From NCBI GenBank assembly GCA_039621445.1, contig CP154954.1, forward strand, positions 992,001-1,056,000: a stretch of 64,000 nucleotides of DNA. Direction: 5' to 3'. Below, in pieces: positions 48,697 through 64,000 of this stretch (the first letter of the stretch is position 1; each line of letters starts with the position of its first letter). The DNA is from Euglena gracilis. Taxonomy: Eukaryota. The translations under genes and the position numbers were made by a program. The notes beneath the pieces were generated by a model that did not search any database, had not been told where the DNA came from, and worked only from the letters and a program-made list of their open reading frames with translations.

Positions 48697-49776
48697 ATGT
48701 ACTTATATATACCAATGTACTTATATATACTATATATACCAATGTACTTATATATATTAATGTACTTATATATATTATATATACTATATATACCAATGTA
48801 CTTATATATATTAATGTACTTATATATATTATATATACTATATATACCAATGTACTTATATATATTAATGTACTTATATATATTATATATACTATATATA
48901 CCAATGTACTTATATATATTAATGTACTTATATATATTATATATACTATATATACCAATGTACTTATATATATTAATGTACTTATATATATTATATATAC
49001 TATATATACCAATGTACTTATATATATTAATGTACTTATATATATTATATATACTATATATACCAATGTACTTATATATATTAATGTACTTATATATATT
49101 ATATATACTATATATACCAATGTACTTATATATATTAATGTACTTATATATATTATATATACTATATATACCAATGTACTTATATATATTAATGTACTTA
49201 TATATATTATATATACTATATATACCAATGTACTTATATATATTAATGTACTTATATATATTATATATACTATATATACCAATGTACTTATATATATTAA
49301 TGTACTTATATATATTATATATACTATATATACCAATGTACTTATATATATTAATGTACTTATATATATTATATATACTATATATACCAATGTACTTATA
49401 TATATTAATGTACTTATATATATTATATATACTATATATACCAATGTACTTATATATATTAATGTACTTATATATATTATATATACTATATATACCAATG
49501 TACTTATATATATTAATGTACTTATATATATTATATACTATATATATACCAATGTACTTATATATATTAATGTACTTATATATATTATATATACTATATA
49601 TACCAATGTACTTATATATATTAATGTACTTATATATATTATATATACTATATATACCAATGTACTTATATATATTAATGTACTTATATATATTATATAT
49701 ACTATATATACCAATGTACTTATATATATTAATGTACTTATATATATTATATATACTATATATACCAATGTACTTA
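48697..49776 (+). repeat. 54-nt VNTR, 19 full units plus partial units; the region associated with the replication origin in E. gracilis cpDNA
   Basis: Units start at 48739 and the final partial unit starts at 49765 (1026 = 19 x 54). The origin association is recalled from literature, not shown by the sequence. Confidence 0.97.
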
Positions 49777-49809
49777 AATGGTCTTTACTGAATATTTTCT
49801 ACATCAGTC

Positions 49810-49914
49810 CCCTTGGTGACCAAGCAAGGGGCACATTTACTATAATGTGTACACTAAAAGCGCGCTTTGTAGGATTCGAACCTACTACATCAGGTTTTGG
49901 AGACCTACGCCTTA
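49810..49914 (-). pseudogene. trnW: rRNA leader fragment plus pseudo-trnW (49859-49914)
   Basis: Same sequence as 16146-16250. Confidence 0.85.
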
Positions 49915-51771
49915 TGGTTTTTTATTGATTATTAACCCTGATTTATTAATTATTAAGTACTTTATGGTTAAATTCCGTAACGTTTATTGTAATCCAAAGA
50001 ACCACACAAACTGCTTTCTATTTAGCTATGTGTGTGGCTAATGCATACGTAATTTCTTAAAGGGTAAAAAGGAAGTGAACCCATTGCCGAGGAAATGCTT
50101 AGATTCGATTCTATTGCTCAATCAGGTTGTATCCATCCATAATCCATCCATACGTCAAGTCCGGATGGAAGAACTGGTTGGTTATTTCTGCCAGATAAAA
50201 GATGTTTACTTTCCAAGATAATATTTTAAGGTTTAAGATTTCAAGATAAACAAAGTTTATAAGTGTTAGTTAATTATTACAGTTCATTATCAGAGATAGG
50301 TTTTTCAGAAAAATGATATAATGAAAAAATAGAAGATGTTTAGAGCTAACAATATTTTTACATGAGTTACATATTTAATGTAATATAAAATTGTATGTTT
50401 CGTAGGATTTTACTTAGAAACAAACAGAAATGTCTAGATATATATATAGAGTTTTTCTCAATTTCTATTATTCTTGTTCTTATTCAATGTTAGATTATTA
50501 TTCGTGATGATAGATTATCTTACTTATTATTATTATTCCTGTAATCACTTATGCTATTATTCTTCTGAAACGTCATATTCAAGTTACTTAATATATAATT
50601 ATGGTAGACTAAATGATTGTACTCTAAAAGTTCGATCTCATTTTTTATGAATAAATACAATACTAAAAATTAATTGTAAGGTATTAAATATTAATAATAT
50701 TTTGTAACTACTTTTGATTTATTCATCTGTACTTCTTGTAATACTTCTTTATATCAAAAATGTGGGTAAATTATTTGTATTAGTTTAATCGGCAAAAAGC
50801 TTTGTTAAACAAAATTTTGCTTGTTGCTGGAAATTAAAATTTTACGAAAATGACAATGATTACACTATTTGTGATAATAGTTTATTACTAAATATGTATA
50901 TTTATACTAATATTATTTCAAAAATAGGTAATAATAATAGATTATTTAAGATTTAAAATAATCTATATAAATACTTTATAGTAGTTATTATGTATTAAAC
51001 GCGTTTTTATTATTTTTTACTGTCACTAAAATTTTTCAAGAAGCTATTAAAATTTTAAAAGTGTTATAATTTATATATTTTTAAAAATAAATTTTTGTAT
51101 ATATATAATTCTGTTGTACACTTTTTTGTAATAAAGTTTGTAAATTCCAGAAAATTATATGTTTTAGAATATTTTATTTTTATTCAATTATTATTCTATG
51201 ATATTTTTTATACACCCAGATAGTTTTATCTTGTTAACTCATCAATACTCATCAATATAGTAAACAATAAAAATTTTGAAAACAATGTGAATCATGTTCG
51301 TTTCAAAAGTAATCCAAGTCATTAAAATTATTACTTTGCAAGAGAATTTATGATTTGAAATTAGATTCATTTTAAAAATCAAAATTTTGAATTAATTTAA
51401 TTTCCTTTTATCCATAAATAGTAATTTAAAATTCAAAATTAGCTTTTCTAATGTTTTTTGCTTAAACCTATAAGTTTGTCTTTAAGAAGTAAATCTAGTT
51501 CACATTTTACTTTTTCTTTTTAGTTTCATAATTTTTCAAAGTCTATATTATTATTTTAACTAATAATAAAATTTTTACATAATTATGTAAAAAACAAAAA
51601 ATCAATATCAACTATTGTTTTGTAAGATTTCAATCTACGACATCACGTTTTGGGTACTTTCCATTATTCAAATTTTGTTATAAATTTAACATTTTTCAAA
51701 ATAAAAGACGTTGATTTTAATCTAGATATATATTGCAACTTTTTTATTAACGTTTTTTATTTCGAGAGTTT

Positions 51772-51850
51772 TACCTTCGACCGGACTCGAACCGGCAAGC
51801 TTATGCATGTGATTTTGAATCACACGTGTTTACCATTTCACCACGAAGGA
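51772..51850 (-). tRNA. trnL: tRNA-Leu(CAA)
   Basis: Same sequence as 18108-18186. Confidence 0.92.
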
Positions 51851-51931
51851 AGAATATTTTTAACATTTTTAATGTATTTTCTGAAATACTTCTCAGAAAA
51901 TGTAAATTAGTTTTCTTGTTTTAGCTATTTT

Positions 51932-53310
51932 TTAGTAATTGAACACTTTTTTAAAGGTTTCTTGCACTTTATATCCCGAATCTATTGATTCTAAAGGGTC
52001 TTTACGTAATCGATGTCGTAAACAAAGCGTAATTACAGTGAAAATGTCTTTAGGTGTTACTTCTGTGCGATCTTCAAATGCTACTAATGCTTTTGCTGCA
52101 CGACTTGTTACCATATCTCCTCTTAGTCCATCAACATTTAGTTCAGAACAGATTTGTGATATTTTTTCTAAAAGTTCGTATTTTATTATTATGTTTTTTA
52201 ATTTTTTTCTTGCATTTATAATTTTTTCCATTAGTTTATTTTGTTCTTCCTTATATTTTTCTTTGAACTCTTTAGGGCTTTTTTCAAATAGTTCTCGTTG
52301 TTGTACTATTTTTACACGAAGCGCTGGTTCCTTTAGTGTTTTAATTTGTGCATGCATTCCGAATCTATCTAGTAATTGTGGTCTAAGTTCTCCTTCTTCA
52401 GGATTTCCTGATCCTACTAGTATAAATCTTGCAGGATGGCAAATCGAAACTCCTTCTCTTTCTACCGTGTTCCATCCTGAAGCAGCGGAATCTAATAAAA
52501 CGTCAACTAAATGGTCATCTAATAAGTTAACTTCATCAACGTACAATATTCCTCTATTTGCTTGTGCTAGTAGACCAGGTTCGAATGCTTTTTTTCCTTC
52601 GGATATTGCTTTTTCTATATCTATTGTTCCACAAACACGATCTTCAGTTGCACCTAATGGTAAATCAACCATAGGTGTTTTAACTTGAATTATCGATACT
52701 TTTTCGTTTTTTTTTATTTTTTCTAGAACGTCATCTGACATTAATTCTGTATCATATGGATCAGAATTATATGGGTCGTTTTCTATTACATCAATAGGTG
52801 GTAGTAAGTCAACAAGCGCTCTAACTATTGTTGACTTTCCTGTTCCTCTATCACCCATTATCATAACACCTCCTATTTTTGGATCTATTACATTTAAGAT
52901 TAATGATAATTTCATAAAACTAAATTTTATTTGTTTTCAAACTATACGTGGTTTATCCTTTTAGCTTTGTTTTTTATTTATAAATTGTTATTTTATGTTC
53001 TTTTGGATTTTCTATAGTTTTCCAAACTGCTTCCAATTAGCTACAATAAATTTTAATAATTTACAAAATTTTTTTAGTTGTGTTGAAAATTCAGTATTTT
53101 ATTTGCCAATTTGTTTTATTTTTTATTTATTAATTGTAGTTTAGAGGGTAGTAATTATTTTTAATAATAATAATTATTATTTTTTAAATTTATAATATTA
53201 TTTTATTAAGTTTTTTATTTGAATGTGCAATGTGTTTAGCCACACATCTCTTCTTGTCCAACAATAGAAGTAAAAGGAAATACAGGCCTTTCGTTAGTTT
53301 TTTTATTCAT
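51932..53310 (-). CDS. chlI: Mg-chelatase subunit I; exons 53310-53246 and 52913-51932
   Basis: As for the other copies; has the conserved KAFEPG. Confidence 0.96.
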
Positions 53311-53448
53311 AGTAAATTGATAGATTGTTATGCAATATTTTTTGCTTGTGTTCCCTTTTTTAGTATATAAATAGGGGATCTTAATACCTAAAATTAGCTC
53401 TTTAGTTAATATTAGAGATTACTTATTTTATATTACAAAATATTATTT

Positions 53449-63489
<10,041 letters not shown>

Positions 63490-64000
63490 GTGTGGCATGG
63501 ATTCCAATAATCGCTAGGTTTAGGATTAAAAAATAATTTTTAACTTAAGTCATTTAAGTTAATTTATATTTTTTATTGGTATAAAAACATTGATAAAAAA
63601 TTTATAAACTTGTTTTTTTTTTTTTTTTTTTTTACTATTAATTTTTTGGTGAAAAAGGTTTTAAGTTTAAATAATTAAATTTTTTGTTTAATTAATTTTT
63701 GGCATATTTTATTCTTTTGTTTTTTTATTGTGATTTGAAGTTTAGATTTATCCGCTTTGGGTAACATAATTATGTTAAATTACGATTTTAAAAAAGATGA
63801 TAAAAAAATTGTTTTTAATTAAGGGAAATTAACTAAAATCTAAGGTACTAGGTAAAAATTAATTGTCCTGACTGGCATTTTTCATGAATTTTATTTTTTA
63901 ATTTATTATGTAGTAAATATTTTTGTGCGATTCGTTTTTTTATATTTTTTACCGAAAATGTAAAATATGGTTTATTTTTAAAACAAACTTTTTGTTTATA
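63490..64000 (+). mobile_element. psbC intron 2 (group II), 5' part
   Basis: GTGTGG start after the 11-nt exon; no CP43 coding sequence up to the window end. Confidence 0.75.

Noticed and set aside
48697-49776. CRISPR array
   Set aside because: The units are identical head-to-tail with no unique spacers, and no cas genes are present.
48630-49928. Long ORFs (432, 381 and 267 aa) across the VNTR, and similar ORFs at 15730-16264 and 38724-39894
   Set aside because: The 54-nt unit is a multiple of 3 and lacks stops in some frames; the products are Y/I/L repeats with no sign of being proteins.

Overview
AT-rich euglenid chloroplast DNA, recognisably Euglena gracilis-type. It holds three tandem ~5.92 kb rRNA repeats on the minus strand (16S-trnI-trnA-23S-5S, with pseudo-tRNA leaders), a 54-nt VNTR, trnL(CAA), intron-split chlI, psbD (11 exons, 10 group II introns, including a twintron and a maturase-bearing intron 8), the start of psbC, and orphan ORFs beside the VNTR (~295, ~350 and 115 aa). 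The window is not a faithful linear copy of the genome. The trnL-chlI-psbD block appears three times (+ ~16.1-27.3 kb, - ~27.8-38.9 kb, + ~49.8-61 kb) because of two fold-back inversions. The first fold contains a degraded PacBio SMRTbell adapter, so the inversions are most likely assembly artefacts, and 43960-64000 is the most trustworthy colinear segment. The most interesting biology is (i) the ~350-aa ORF near the VNTR, whose N-terminus aligns by eye with the HUH rolling-circle Rep endonuclease domain of circovirus/CRESS-DNA elements but lacks the catalytic His/Tyr, together with its duplicated fragments; (ii) a complete but catalytically degenerate RT-X-En group II intron protein split at homopolymers, preceded by a second possibly RT-derived ORF in the same intron; and (iii) nested and shared introns. 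All alignments were made by eye and no searches were run. Exon boundaries are accurate to about 1-2 nt.
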